Assembly (NCBI GenBank): GCA_002382665.1
Contig: DFZA01000010.1
Coordinates: forward strand, 17,589-81,588
DNA length: 64,000 bases
Source of the DNA: Peptococcaceae bacterium UBA4068
Lineage (GTDB): Bacteria > Bacillota > Dehalobacteriia > UBA4068
Direction: 5' to 3'
The first letter of the stretch is position 1. Each line of letters starts with the position of its first letter. The notes beneath the pieces are model-generated. The model was given only the letters and a program-made list of their open reading frames with translations, searched no databases and had not been told where the DNA came from. Below, one piece after another: positions 26,334 through 36,643 of the stretch. The translations under genes were made by a program, and so were the position numbers.

Positions 26334-28458
26334 CTATCACTGCACCTACTTCTTTTGCTACATCTTCGGGATATTCAATCCGTTGATGGTTAAATCCGCT
26401 TAAAACCATTAAAAAAGCATTGGCAATTATTCCAATATCCTTAAATGTTAAAGGACATTCCTGCAACTGGCCGTCATCGACTTTACTTTTGATTACCTCG
26501 CGTACCTTGGCCTCAATTTTATTTCTTTCGTCGCCTACCAATGACTGAACCGCCGCTTGAACAACATCAGCAAGCAATACCAGCGCTGCTTCTTTGGTCT
26601 GAGGTTTACGTCCCGGATATCTGAAATCATCTTGGCGAACACTGCTGGCATTCTCGGCGTTTTCCAAAGCCTTTTTATAAAAGAATGATAATACACTAGT
26701 TCCATGATGCTGCTCAACAATATCGATAATTTCCCATGGAAAATGGTTCTCTTTTAACAACTCAATACCATCTTTGACATGGGAAGTAAGTATCATAGCG
26801 CTCAGGGATACTTGCAGATTATCATGAGGATTATCAGGAGAACTTTGATTTTCAATAAAGAAATAGGGGCGTTTAAGTTTACCAATATCATGATAATACG
26901 ATGCTACCCGTACCAGCAGAGGATCAGCGCCAACTTCGTCGGCTGCCGATTCGGCAAGATTGCCGACAAGAATACTGTGATTATATGTTCCGGGCGCTTC
27001 TATCATCAACCGTTTCAGTAACGGTTGATTAGAATTGGATAATTCCAGTAATTTGACTACTGTGGTAACACCGGAAGCGCCTTCTAAATAAGGCAGCGTA
27101 CCCATGACCAATATAGTCGAAAGAAAACCGTTGATAGCGCCAATGATCACTCCGGACAGTATTGCTTCTGAACTTTGGCTCCATAATAAACCCCATGATG
27201 CTATCAGTATTGCATTAGTAACCATAATATAGAAGCTGGAGCTGATAAACTGGCTACGTTGATTGAGATTATGGGTAGATAAAATACCGGCCAGGCTACC
27301 ACCGATTGCTACAATCGTAAAAGCTAAATCACCACCACAGATAATCCCCATGAATACACTAAGAATAATAGTACAAAAAATGGCAATTCCCCTACGTAGT
27401 AGTACTGCTAACAAAATTGCCGCTGCCGGTACGGGCAATAAATAACCGATTTGTTTAGCAACTTCCGTATTATCGGATATATCAGGTAATGATAATAGCT
27501 TACACAACAGTAATACCAGTAAAACAACAACCGTCATCAATATCCATGATGAACGGTTTTCATAATCGCGTTTTTGATAATAACGCATATACAAATGCAA
27601 TAACCAAAAACAAATCGCAACAATCAAAAACAAACCGAAATATGGTAATATCTGCAGCGATTCTTTCTTCATGCCCAGCATTTCCAATGATTCTACCTGC
27701 TCGGGAGTAACTATTGATCCCTTGCTGATAATCTTTTCACCAGACTGAACGGTAACCTGAACAGAAGAAACCTTATTCATAGCCTTTTCAACAGCGCCAG
27801 CAGTCGCTACTGCATCATAAACTTTGCTGGGTGGCCACTCTTTACCCTCGTTATAATAGAGTAAAAATTTAATGCAATTATCGCTGTAATTAAGATTTCC
27901 AATGGCAGCAGCCACTTGATCTTTAGCGGCCGGAATATCATCGCTGCTTAAGCCACCGTCATAAGCGGCGGCAACAATGGTTTTAAAACTCTCCTTAAGC
28001 TTCGCCAAATCTTGCTGATTGTATGATAAAATATAGCGCAGGACTTCATCGCTATAAGTACCGGGCAACGTTTCACGTAACACATAAAGCCGCGCTTCGT
28101 CACTTAATGTCTGATCGTCAACTGTTTGGGTAATAGCGGCAAAATCCTTATCAATATCAATCATTACTGCGCCCAAAACTGTTTTGTCAAATTTTAAAAT
28201 CTGCCCGACTTCATCAGCCGCTTTATTTTTAGCCGCCTCGGTCTGCAAAGTACTGATATAAGTAGTGGCCGTGCCGTCGTAATAAACATCGGAGGGGGCT
28301 ATATCTCCGGCCTTCAGCGAAACCTGTAACGGTAATAAGTTAATCGATAAAATCAGCGTTGCCACAATAATACAAAAAGCGGTAACGCCTCGCTGCCACC
28401 AAATAATGCTACCTCGATTAAGCAATTGTTTTATTTTTCTATGGGCTTTTTCAGTCAT
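26215..28458 (-). CDS. 7TM-HD phosphohydrolase (YqfF/PgpH-like, putative c-di-AMP phosphodiesterase)
   Basis: N-terminal TM, extracellular domain, about 7 TMs, then PGTYNHS, YYHDIGK, PYFFIENQ, HHGT, YPGRKP. Located between phoH and ybeY. Confidence 0.88.
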   Translation of the reverse strand: MTEKAHRKIKQLLNRGSIIWWQRGVTAFCIIVATLILSINLLPLQVSLKAGDIAPSDVYYDGTATTYISTLQTEAAKNKAADEVGQILKFDKTVLGAVMIDIDKDFAAITQTVDDQTLSDEARLYVLRETLPGTYSDEVLRYILSYNQQDLAKLKESFKTIVAAAYDGGLSSDDIPAAKDQVAAAIGNLNYSDNCIKFLLYYNEGKEWPPSKVYDAVATAGAVEKAMNKVSSVQVTVQSGEKIISKGSIVTPEQVESLEMLGMKKESLQILPYFGLFLIVAICFWLLHLYMRYYQKRDYENRSSWILMTVVVLLVLLLCKLLSLPDISDNTEVAKQIGYLLPVPAAAILLAVLLRRGIAIFCTIILSVFMGIICGGDLAFTIVAIGGSLAGILSTHNLNQRSQFISSSFYIMVTNAILIASWGLLWSQSSEAILSGVIIGAINGFLSTILVMGTLPYLEGASGVTTVVKLLELSNSNQPLLKRLMIEAPGTYNHSILVGNLAESAADEVGADPLLVRVASYYHDIGKLKRPYFFIENQSSPDNPHDNLQVSLSAMILTSHVKDGIELLKENHFPWEIIDIVEQHHGTSVLSFFYKKALENAENASSVRQDDFRYPGRKPQTKEAALVLLADVVQAAVQSLVGDERNKIEAKVREVIKSKVDDGQLQECPLTFKDIGIIANAFLMVLSGFNHQRIEYPEDVAKEVGAVIDEDKYKDNQQPNNDGDQQGNQEPVAETGQADDQSGGAEN

Positions 28459-28476
28459 GATATTCCTCCCCGACCG

Positions 28477-29445
28477 TTAGACCCATTTGCGATCGTAAGC
28501 GTCGATTATTTTCTGCACCAACGGGTGACGTACCACATCAATACGAGTTAAATAACAAAATACTATCTCATTAATATCTTTCAAGCGCCGCTCCGCCTCA
28601 ATTAAACCGCAGCTTTGTCCAGGCGGTAAATCTATTTGCGTGATATCTCCCGTAATTACCGCTTTTGATCCGGCGCCAAGTCTGGTTAAAAACATTTTCA
28701 TTTGCTGTGGCGTGGTATTCTGCGCCTCATCAAGTATGATAAAAGCGTCGTCGAGAGTACGACCCCGCATATATGCCAGCGGCACCACTTCGATAGTGTT
28801 ATGCTCCATATATTTACGCGCCGCCTCAACACCGAGAATATCATCAAGAGCATCGTAAACAGGACGTAGATAAGGATTAACCTTGTCCTGTAAATCTCCA
28901 GGCAAAAAGCCGAGCTTCTCCCCGGCTTCCACTGCCGGTCGTGCCAATACTATCTTGGACACTCTGCGTTTTTTAAGCGCGCTAATCGCCCTAACTACCG
29001 CAAGGAATGTTTTGCCGGTACCGGCGGGACCGATAGAAAACACCAAATCATTATCTTCTATGGCTTGTAAATACTTATATTGACCGACTGTTTTTGCTTT
29101 GATTTGCTTACCGCGCGGAGTCACATAAATCGTTTCCGTTAACTTATCAGCAAGCGCCGTATCCATCTGTTCTTTGGATGCCAGCGCATAATTAACCGCC
29201 ATAATTGAAATATCAATACCTTTGGCGGCTTGTCTCTGTAACTGGGAAATTACATTATATGCATCAGCTACCTCCTCGGGATTGCCGCTGATCATCAACT
29301 GATCGCCCTGCACCAATAAAGATGCAGAAAGATTTTGTTCTAGCAAACGTAAATGCTTGTCCTGATAGCCAAGCACATTTGCTGCTTCGGCTATGGAATC
29401 GAACTTAATGATCGCTTCCGATGTTACGCCTAGTTTATCCGGCAA
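28477..29445 (-). CDS. phoH: PhoH family ATPase
   Basis: GPAGTGKT, LARPAVEAGEKLGFLPGDL, PLAYMRGRTL, DEAQN, GDITQIDLP. TTG start after GGAGG. Confidence 0.95.
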   Translation of the reverse strand: MPDKLGVTSEAIIKFDSIAEAANVLGYQDKHLRLLEQNLSASLLVQGDQLMISGNPEEVADAYNVISQLQRQAAKGIDISIMAVNYALASKEQMDTALADKLTETIYVTPRGKQIKAKTVGQYKYLQAIEDNDLVFSIGPAGTGKTFLAVVRAISALKKRRVSKIVLARPAVEAGEKLGFLPGDLQDKVNPYLRPVYDALDDILGVEAARKYMEHNTIEVVPLAYMRGRTLDDAFIILDEAQNTTPQQMKMFLTRLGAGSKAVITGDITQIDLPPGQSCGLIEAERRLKDINEIVFCYLTRIDVVRHPLVQKIIDAYDRKWV

Positions 29446-29463
29446 ATACGGACCTCCCCTCGC

Positions 29464-30702
29464 TTATTCCGTGCTATTATTATCTTTATTGAGCAAAGAT
29501 TGATATTGCTGCTGCGTTTGCTCGTCAACCTTAACGAAATCCCCGATATCCTCAATCGTCTCAATTGTAAACCGCGCCCGCTTGATACTGTCGCCGGCAT
29601 CAATCTCTTTTAAATCGCTTGACACAATTTTGGTGCCATCCGCCAAAGCAATCCTGGCATTTTTTTCCGCCGCCTTCGCTGCCTGTTGCCATGCTTGCTC
29701 CGGTGTAAAACTAATAATATTTTGCTGTTGTTCTTGATAATAGGTAATAATTAATTCTACAGGCAGGCGGATATTCCTCCAAATGACCAGAGGCATGCTC
29801 TTTTGCTGCTGATAGTAATACTGAAATTCAGGTGTATTATCTCCCCAAACATAAGCTTTTATTTGTTTTGGCCATGACAATTCCACCGTCATATATTGTT
29901 CCCCGGTATTTTTTACTACAGTATTTTCCAAGGCGCACTCGCCATAACCGCTATACCAAACATGAGCGCTGACAATAGCTGAAGCTGCCACTAGACCGCT
30001 TTGATTATATCCACGCACTAAAACGGTACCAGCCGTTACTGTATCTCCGGCCTTTACGCATGCCGTACCTTTTCGCACCAGTATTTGTTCTATAACTCCG
30101 TCTTTGGCAGCCACAATATCGCCGCAAGCAATTATTTTGTCTTCTTCACTAACATCAACACGTTTGACAACATTGATTATTACATTATTACCGATAATGG
30201 AGACTTCAACAAAGCTTAACTGCGGCAGCTCTCCGCTGATATGTTCCTGTGCCGCCTCCAAATCCATAGTAAATTTCAGCTTGCCTTCGACAACGCCCGC
30301 TTCGCGCGCCAAAGCGACAATCCGTGCTTTTTCCGACTGACTAAGACTATAAGGACTGGTAACAGTCAGAGACAAAACCAACGAAGAAGCTAGATAGAGA
30401 AAAACACAAAATGCCACGGCTCCAATTAGCAACAATTTGCGGCGGCGGCAACGTTCCAGAATAAACGGCAACCCCTGACGGCGTTTAATAATAAAACGGC
30501 AATGACTGGCACGAGCAATTGGCCGCAGTCGATAAATATCCGCTAAAATTATATCGGCAGCAATCCGCCGTTCATCATAGCGAACGATATTACTCAAACC
30601 TATCCCCTGCATCAATGATAGATTTAAGAATTTTTCCGCATACTCGCCGCGTATCTCTATTCTTAAATTGCCGTTAACAAAACGCGTTAATATGCTGCTC
30701 AT
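29464..30702 (-). CDS. yqfD: Sporulation protein YqfD
   Basis: N-terminal EKFLNL, GLPF..RR, one TM, DIVAAKDGVI...G..V..G..LV.G. ATGA overlap with yqfC. Confidence 0.88.
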   Translation of the reverse strand: MSSILTRFVNGNLRIEIRGEYAEKFLNLSLMQGIGLSNIVRYDERRIAADIILADIYRLRPIARASHCRFIIKRRQGLPFILERCRRRKLLLIGAVAFCVFLYLASSLVLSLTVTSPYSLSQSEKARIVALAREAGVVEGKLKFTMDLEAAQEHISGELPQLSFVEVSIIGNNVIINVVKRVDVSEEDKIIACGDIVAAKDGVIEQILVRKGTACVKAGDTVTAGTVLVRGYNQSGLVAASAIVSAHVWYSGYGECALENTVVKNTGEQYMTVELSWPKQIKAYVWGDNTPEFQYYYQQQKSMPLVIWRNIRLPVELIITYYQEQQQNIISFTPEQAWQQAAKAAEKNARIALADGTKIVSSDLKEIDAGDSIKRARFTIETIEDIGDFVKVDEQTQQQYQSLLNKDNNSTE

Positions 30703-30980
30703 CGGCCATCCTCCCCAACAAAACATATTGCAATGATTTCTCCGGAAATTGCCAGTTCCTCACTTTGCAGTGAAGAAATAGTCAATCCTTCACCAAGAAC
30801 TTCAACAAAACCGCTGTTAATTCGGAATACAATTTTACTCCTACCATATTCGATAATACCCTTATGGTTTTCAGCCAGCATATTATTTTGGCCGGTCAAG
30901 ATAATCCGCACTTGGTCCAAGGCAACTTCGGACGGTAATTGCAAAGCGCCGGCGATACTTTTTCGCACATTGTTTTTCAA
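30699..30980 (-). CDS. yqfC: Sporulation protein YqfC (YabP/YqfC family)
   Basis: LQLPSEV...RIILTG..MLAENHKGIIEY...GEGL.I..L..EELAISG.I; directly upstream of yqfD. Confidence 0.88.
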   Translation of the reverse strand: MKNNVRKSIAGALQLPSEVALDQVRIILTGQNNMLAENHKGIIEYGRSKIVFRINSGFVEVLGEGLTISSLQSEELAISGEIIAICFVGEDGR

Positions 30981-30999
30981 ACCGCCTCACCTCCGCTAT

Positions 31000-31029
31000 A
31001 ATTTATTTTGCGACAGAGCTTATTATGAC
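31000..31029 (-). promoter_or_regulatory. Possible mother-cell sigmaE promoter of yqfCD
   Basis: gtcATA-N16-AATAAATT resembles the sigE consensus; yqfCD is sigE-dependent in B. subtilis. Confidence 0.4.
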
Positions 31030-31038
31030 GCGAACAAC

Positions 31039-31070
31039 AAAAAGCCCCGCCAGAACTTGAGCGGGACTAG
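31039..31070 (-). terminator. Intrinsic terminator after the floA-peptidase operon
   Basis: Minus strand AGTCCCGC-TCAAGTTCTG-GCGGGGCT followed by TTTTG. Confidence 0.7.
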
Positions 31071-31085
31071 ATGTATTAATTTAAA

Positions 31086-32168
31086 TTAGAGGCAGATGAG
31101 TTCTTGCGAGGAATCAAGCAAACGTTGGCAACCTACTGCGGTTAGTAGATAATCGTTCTCTATCCTTATTCCTCCCCAACCGGGAATATATATGCCCGGT
31201 TCTATGGTCGCTACCATATCTTCTTCTAAAATTTGTTGTGATATGCGATTAAGCAGCGGCAATTCATGAACGTCAAGCCCGATGCCATGACCTAATCCGT
31301 GACCGAAATTTTCACCAAAACCGACCTCAGTTATATAATCACGCGCCAGAGCGTCAATTTGGCAGGCCTTTATGCCGGAACGCAATGCAGATGCAGCCAA
31401 TCTGTGCGCTTCTAAAACTATATCATATATCTGCCGTTGTTTTGCTGTAGGCTGCCCTAATATTAGAGTACGAGTCGTATCCGCCCGATAGCCATCATAA
31501 GCACAGCCAAAATCAAGAGTGATTAGATCTCCCTTTTGCACCGGCTTATCGGCTTGCGGTTGGGCATGCGGCAATGCACCGTTAATACCGGACGCAACTA
31601 TGATTGGAAAACTGCTTTCACAGCCTTGATCGGCTATTAAATAGGCAAGCTCTTTAGCAATATCTTTTTCGCTTATTCCCGGTTTGATCTTTTCAGCAAT
31701 TGCCGCAAAGACCAGATCGGTAGCTTTAGCCGCTTGTTGCAGTAAAACAATTTCCTGTTCGTCTTTCTTAGCCCGTACCTGCATAATCAGATTACCAAGT
31801 GGTTGCCATTGCAGATCTTCGACTTCTGTCTGCAACTTGTTAAAATCCGCAACACTCCATTGCTCATCCTCAAAGCCCAGATGCTTGATAGCGTATTTTT
31901 CAGACAATTGTCGCAGCATTTGTGATAAAGACAATTGCGAGCCGCCACAGCAAATTACCGTATATCCGGGCGCTTCACGTTTTGCCTGTTCGGTATAACG
32001 TGAATCAGTTAATAGTAGTCGCAACTGTTGTCTGTCAACCAACAAACATGATTCACTGCCGCGATATCCGCTTAAATAGCGAACATTGCTATCGTTATTG
32101 ACTAACAATGCCTGCAGCTGGTCGTCATGCAAATGCTGCCATAATCGTGATAATCTTTGTTCAATCAT
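31086..32168 (-). CDS. Xaa-Pro peptidase (M24 family)
   Basis: Creatinase-like N-terminus (NVRYLSGY.G); DFG...DGYRADTTRT, FGHGLGHGIGLDVHE, TIEPGIY, GIRIE. Start placed at ATG 32168. Confidence 0.92.
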   Translation of the reverse strand: MIEQRLSRLWQHLHDDQLQALLVNNDSNVRYLSGYRGSESCLLVDRQQLRLLLTDSRYTEQAKREAPGYTVICCGGSQLSLSQMLRQLSEKYAIKHLGFEDEQWSVADFNKLQTEVEDLQWQPLGNLIMQVRAKKDEQEIVLLQQAAKATDLVFAAIAEKIKPGISEKDIAKELAYLIADQGCESSFPIIVASGINGALPHAQPQADKPVQKGDLITLDFGCAYDGYRADTTRTLILGQPTAKQRQIYDIVLEAHRLAASALRSGIKACQIDALARDYITEVGFGENFGHGLGHGIGLDVHELPLLNRISQQILEEDMVATIEPGIYIPGWGGIRIENDYLLTAVGCQRLLDSSQELICL

Positions 32169-32169
32169 A

Positions 32170-32679
32170 CTATACCCGTATCCTGTGGTGGCGGCAACGC
32201 GGCTCACCTAAGACCTCAGCCATAATAATTCCTTGTACCAACGCATCTCTATCCGCAAATAAAGGGGTTGTAATATTTTGCTGCCGTCGTTCCATACTCG
32301 GTGATTTTGTTTGCTCAACAACCGGCTGCGTTGCCAGCCGTTCTTTAATAAATGGTTGCGGTCGTTCCGGCTCTTTTCTCGTTATCGTAATCGGCGGTCT
32401 GGTTGTTGCCGGCTGTGACATGCGGCGGGGTGGCGATTGGTGGGATACCGGCGAACCAAACAGCTCGCCAAACAACTCCCTGATGTCGGGAATTTGCTCC
32501 TCCTGCCTGTAGTCCTGCATCTGGTCTTCCGTTGGGTTTGTTTGTTGCTGTTGTCTGGAATCGTATTCTTGCCGCCGACGGCGTTGTTCTGCTATAGCCT
32601 CTTTTTGCTTTTTTTTGGAAGCATTGCCGATCACTGAGCTAATAATCATGATCACAAGAAATATTAATAAACCTTCCAT
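32170..32679 (-). CDS. YqfB-like membrane-anchored protein
   Basis: N-terminal TM, Q/E/R/P-rich linker, C-terminal LVQGIIMAEVLGEP; lies directly after floA. Confidence 0.7.
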   Translation of the reverse strand: MEGLLIFLVIMIISSVIGNASKKKQKEAIAEQRRRRQEYDSRQQQQTNPTEDQMQDYRQEEQIPDIRELFGELFGSPVSHQSPPRRMSQPATTRPPITITRKEPERPQPFIKERLATQPVVEQTKSPSMERRQQNITTPLFADRDALVQGIIMAEVLGEPRCRHHRIRV

Positions 32680-32708
32680 AGCATCACTCCTGACTTGCCT
32701 AAGCTATA

Positions 32709-33692
32709 TTATTTGTCTTTTTTACCGTCAGTTTGATTTTTGACACCGGCAATGTTTTCCCGCATCTTGGTATCAGAAACAATATTCATCATGTTATAAT
32801 AATCCATTACGCCCAGATTACCGCTACGGAAGGCCTCGGCCATGGCCCGTGGCACTTCGGCTTCCGCCTCAACGACTTTAGCGCGCATTTCTTGTACGGA
32901 TGCGACCATTTCCTGTTCACGTGCTACCGCCATGGCGCGTCTTTCTTCGGCCTTCGCCTGCGCAATTCTTTTATCTGCTTCAGCCTGATCGGTCTGTAGC
33001 GCGGCGCCGATATTCCGGCCAACGTCAACATCGGCAATATCGATGGAAAGGATCTCAAAAGCTGTACCGGAATCAAGCCCTTTACCTAAAACTGTTTTAG
33101 AGATTTTATCGGGGTTTTCCAATACTTCTTTATGGGTAGCACTTGAACCTACTGTAGTAACTATACCTTCACCGACACGGGCGATGATTGTTTCTTCGCC
33201 GGCTCCGCCGACCAAACGGTCAATGTTGGCGCGTACTGTAACCTTTGCTTTGGCTTTCAATTCGATACCATTGATCGCCATCGCAGATATAATCGGCGTT
33301 TCGATAACTTTTGGATTAACGCTCATCTGCACCGCTTCCAAAACGTTGCGGCCCGCCAAATCAATGGCGGCAGCCCGTTCAAACGAAAGAGGGATATTAG
33401 CCCGCTCGGCGGCTATTAAAGCATTTACTACCCTGTCTACGTTACCTCCGGCTAAATAATGCGCTTCCAATTTTACCACAGGTACTGCTAAACCGGCCTT
33501 CTCTGATTTAATTAACGGGTTAACAATTTTCGCCGGAGATACTCTGCGTAAACGCATACCAATCAAATCGATAATACCAACTTTCGCTCCCGCAGCCAAA
33601 GCGGAAATCCATAACCCAATCGGAACAAGACTTAAGATAATGATAATTACGATAATCAAAACAAATAATAGAATATAACCCTGTATTAACAT
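32709..33692 (-). CDS. floA: Flotillin-like protein FloA (YqfA, UPF0365)
   Basis: [65 protein letters not shown]. Confidence 0.95.
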   Translation of the reverse strand: MLIQGYILLFVLIIVIIIILSLVPIGLWISALAAGAKVGIIDLIGMRLRRVSPAKIVNPLIKSEKAGLAVPVVKLEAHYLAGGNVDRVVNALIAAERANIPLSFERAAAIDLAGRNVLEAVQMSVNPKVIETPIISAMAINGIELKAKAKVTVRANIDRLVGGAGEETIIARVGEGIVTTVGSSATHKEVLENPDKISKTVLGKGLDSGTAFEILSIDIADVDVGRNIGAALQTDQAEADKRIAQAKAEERRAMAVAREQEMVASVQEMRAKVVEAEAEVPRAMAEAFRSGNLGVMDYYNMMNIVSDTKMRENIAGVKNQTDGKKDK

Positions 33693-33707
33693 ATTTTTCC
33701 CTCCGTT

Positions 33708-34445
33708 TTATATTTCTCTTACAACCACCCGTGAACCTTCAATGAGAATCACCTCAACTACTGAACCGGCATCAATAAATTCACCTGATGTAACGACATC
33801 AATGCGTTTGCCTTCTATTTCAATTACACCGGCCGGACGCAGTTGGGAAATTGCCTTACCACGTGCGCCCAGATAAATCGCCAATGAGACATCGGGAGCA
33901 ACATATCCGTCTTTATTCTCCTGCTTTTGCGCAAGAATTAATCGTCCCCAAATCTTACGTGTTTTATTATTCTTTAAAAGAAAAATAAAGATCAGTACTA
34001 AAATCACCAAAGCTATCAATATGGAAATAAGCGCATATTCTAAACTCGGCGAAGCTGAGGCGATACCTAAAAACAACAATATTATTCCTGATATACCAGC
34101 CACGCCAAAACCTGGTATAACAAATATCTCCACAACCAACAATATCAGTCCGGTAATAAAAAGCAAGATCGTCCCTAAACCTATATTGACCGTCTTATTC
34201 TCGAAATTACCGCCGTTGATCTGCGGTTCGCTAAAGCTGATCAATGAGGAAGTATGCAATACCAACTGATCGCCAGCCAATACATCAGTATAAGGCTGTT
34301 CGACAAACTGCCGGTTAGCTTGATCATAATTGCCATTTATAGTTATTGCATTAGCGGCAACACCGAAAGCCAGCACCGGATTGATCATTAATATCATCAT
34401 TGCAATTATTATTGAACATAATAATTGTATCATCCGTTTATCCAT
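33708..34445 (-). CDS. NfeD family protein (short form, YqeZ-like)
   Basis: LLVVEIFVIPGFGVAGISG TMs and C-terminal OB fold G.AISQLRPAG..EIEGKRIDVV..GEFI; upstream of floA. Confidence 0.85.
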   Translation of the reverse strand: MDKRMIQLLCSIIIAMMILMINPVLAFGVAANAITINGNYDQANRQFVEQPYTDVLAGDQLVLHTSSLISFSEPQINGGNFENKTVNIGLGTILLFITGLILLVVEIFVIPGFGVAGISGIILLFLGIASASPSLEYALISILIALVILVLIFIFLLKNNKTRKIWGRLILAQKQENKDGYVAPDVSLAIYLGARGKAISQLRPAGVIEIEGKRIDVVTSGEFIDAGSVVEVILIEGSRVVVREI

Positions 34446-34525
34446 TTGGCACCTCCTTTGATAGTATTATAACATTTTTACATAAAATTAAAAATACTAT
34501 TTGTCTGTTTCTCTAATATTATAAT

Positions 34526-34551
34526 AAAAGAGCCGACTTTTGCCGACTCTT
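34526..34551 (-). terminator. Intrinsic terminator after rpsU
   Basis: Minus strand AAGAGTCGGC-AAAA-GTCGGCTCTT followed by TTATT. Confidence 0.75.
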
Positions 34552-34577
34552 GAATTTTAATTATTAATTGTTAATTA

Positions 34578-34754
34578 TTAATTCCATTTACGCTTTCTTG
34601 CAGCCTCAGCTTTCTTTTTTCTCTTTACGCTGGGCTTTTCATAATGTTCATGCTTGCGAATTTCTGCCATTACACCTGATTTTTGGCATGTCCGTTTAAA
34701 GCGCCTTAAAGCACTGTCCAATGATTCATTCTTACCAACTTTTACTTCACTCAC
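34578..34754 (-). CDS. rpsU: 30S ribosomal protein S21
   Basis: [20 protein letters not shown]...[19 protein letters not shown] start 6 nt after GGAGGG. Confidence 0.96.
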   Translation of the reverse strand: MSEVKVGKNESLDSALRRFKRTCQKSGVMAEIRKHEHYEKPSVKRKKKAEAARKRKWN

Positions 34755-34890
34755 TACCATCCCTCCCTCCATATGGCCTGTTCCTATTAATGGAGTGATT
34801 CTGTCTGCAATTAAGCTCCTATATATAGCCATATCACACGCAAAAATGCGAATATGTGATGATTATATAACAAAATTTTTGCTCAGTCAA

Positions 34891-35238
34891 CTATTCTTCT
34901 GTAAAAGCACCTAAAAAATGACCGCCAATCAAATGATAATGGATATGGGGCACTTCCTGACCGCTATCCCCTCGGCAGTTAGTAAGCAATCGATAGCCGC
35001 TTTGATCAATATTGAATTGCTCCGCCAGCTTTTGGGCGACAAAATTTATTTTACCGAGCAAAGCAATATCGGCCTCGGTAGTCTCCGCCAGAGAGGCGAT
35101 ATGTTTTTTTGGCAGCAACAATAGATGAACCGGCGCCCGCGGGTGGATATCCTTAAAAGCTACGATATCTTCATCTTCATATACAAAGTCGCAGGATATC
35201 TCGCTGTTTGCTATTTTACAAAAAAGACAATCCTCCAT
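34891..35238 (-). CDS. Histidine triad (HIT) nucleotide-binding protein
   Basis: DCLFCKI, AFKDIHPRAPVH, GQEVPHIHYH. Confidence 0.93.
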   Translation of the reverse strand: MEDCLFCKIANSEISCDFVYEDEDIVAFKDIHPRAPVHLLLLPKKHIASLAETTEADIALLGKINFVAQKLAEQFNIDQSGYRLLTNCRGDSGQEVPHIHYHLIGGHFLGAFTEE

Positions 35239-35289
35239 AGTTTTTCTCTCCTAAAATAAACTATAGCCTATTCACATAATGCATAACTA

Positions 35290-36630
35290 TTAACATTCAC
35301 CATCTTTTTTATCAATTCCTGCCACAATTAAGCTTCCCGCCGAATATTTTTTTCCAAAAACGCTGATTATTTCACTTTTTTTCGCTATTTCCGGCAAAAT
35401 CAACGATAAATAGTTTTCCGAAGTACCGTTGTAACAGTTTTTACCCTCGTATTCGACTGGCTGTTCAACCAACATCTGCAATCTACGGCCAATATAGAGT
35501 TCTGCGTATTGCCGTGCTGATTTTTCACCGACATCAGCAAGCTGTGCGGCTCTTTCTTCTTTAATTTTTCTGGGGAGCTGTTCCGGCAAAGCAGCGGCTA
35601 CTGTCCCCTTGCGCCGCGAATAAGGAAACACATGAATTTTAGCAAAACACATTTGAGTGGCGAAATCAAGACTTTGATTAAAGTCCTCATCGCTTTCACC
35701 GGGGAAACCAACAATCATATCGGTTGTAATGGCTATATCAGGGATGATCTGCCGTAATCGCCGCAATAAGTCGGCATAAAACCGACTATCATAACGTCTG
35801 CCCATTGCTGCCAACGTCTTATCACAACCACTTTGCAATGGAATATGCAGATGCGGGCAGAGTTTTTTTTCTTCTTGCAATAGTTGCAACATCTGATCAT
35901 CAACCTGCTGCGGCTCAATTGAGCCGAACCGTAGCCTTACCAGGCCATTTTCGGCTGTCAATGCCTTAGTTATACGCGGTAAACTGCTGCCGTCATCTAA
36001 ATCGCTGCCATAGGCGCCGATATGAATCCCGGTTAAAACAATTTCTTTATGGCCTTGGGCAATCAGTTTTTTCCCCTGTTCCAGTGCTTGCTGCCAAGGC
36101 AGGCTGCGCACGCGCCCACGGGCATAAGGTACAATACAATAATGACAAAAACAATTGCAACCGTCCTCAATCTTCAGATAAGCGCGCGCCCGCCGCTGGT
36201 TGCTTTGATCATTAATTGTTGTAAAAGGCCGGGGGTTACTGAGGTCGGCAACATCAACATAAGGGACATCGATTTGTCGGCTCATATATTCATCAACGAT
36301 CTGCGGCAGTCTTGAGCGTTCTTCTACACCGGCGATGATCGCAACCCCTGGAATTTTTCTTATTTCCTCTGACTCAATCTGCGCATAACAGCCGCAGACG
36401 ACAACTTTTGTCTGCGGGTGCTCACGGATAATCCGCCTGATCAGCGATCGCGCTTTGCGCTCTGCCAATTGTGTGACGGTACAGGTATTGATAATATAGA
36501 GCGCCGCTGCCTCGCCGAATTTTAGTTCCTGCCAGCCATGCGCGACAAAGAGACCGCTGATGCCAGCGGTCTCTTCTTGATTTACCTTGCAACCAAAAGT
36601 ATAAGTGGCAAATGTTTTTTCTTTGGCCAT
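35290..36630 (-). CDS. mtaB: tRNA N6-threonylcarbamoyladenosine(37) methylthiotransferase
   Basis: TFGCKVNQ, INTCTVT, GCYAQ, KIEDGCNCFCHYC (radical SAM), HLHIPLQSG, HVFPYS. Start placed at ATG 36630. Confidence 0.93.
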   Translation of the reverse strand: MAKEKTFATYTFGCKVNQEETAGISGLFVAHGWQELKFGEAAALYIINTCTVTQLAERKARSLIRRIIREHPQTKVVVCGCYAQIESEEIRKIPGVAIIAGVEERSRLPQIVDEYMSRQIDVPYVDVADLSNPRPFTTINDQSNQRRARAYLKIEDGCNCFCHYCIVPYARGRVRSLPWQQALEQGKKLIAQGHKEIVLTGIHIGAYGSDLDDGSSLPRITKALTAENGLVRLRFGSIEPQQVDDQMLQLLQEEKKLCPHLHIPLQSGCDKTLAAMGRRYDSRFYADLLRRLRQIIPDIAITTDMIVGFPGESDEDFNQSLDFATQMCFAKIHVFPYSRRKGTVAAALPEQLPRKIKEERAAQLADVGEKSARQYAELYIGRRLQMLVEQPVEYEGKNCYNGTSENYLSLILPEIAKKSEIISVFGKKYSAGSLIVAGIDKKDGEC

Positions 36631-36643
36631 TTCACACCCGCTA

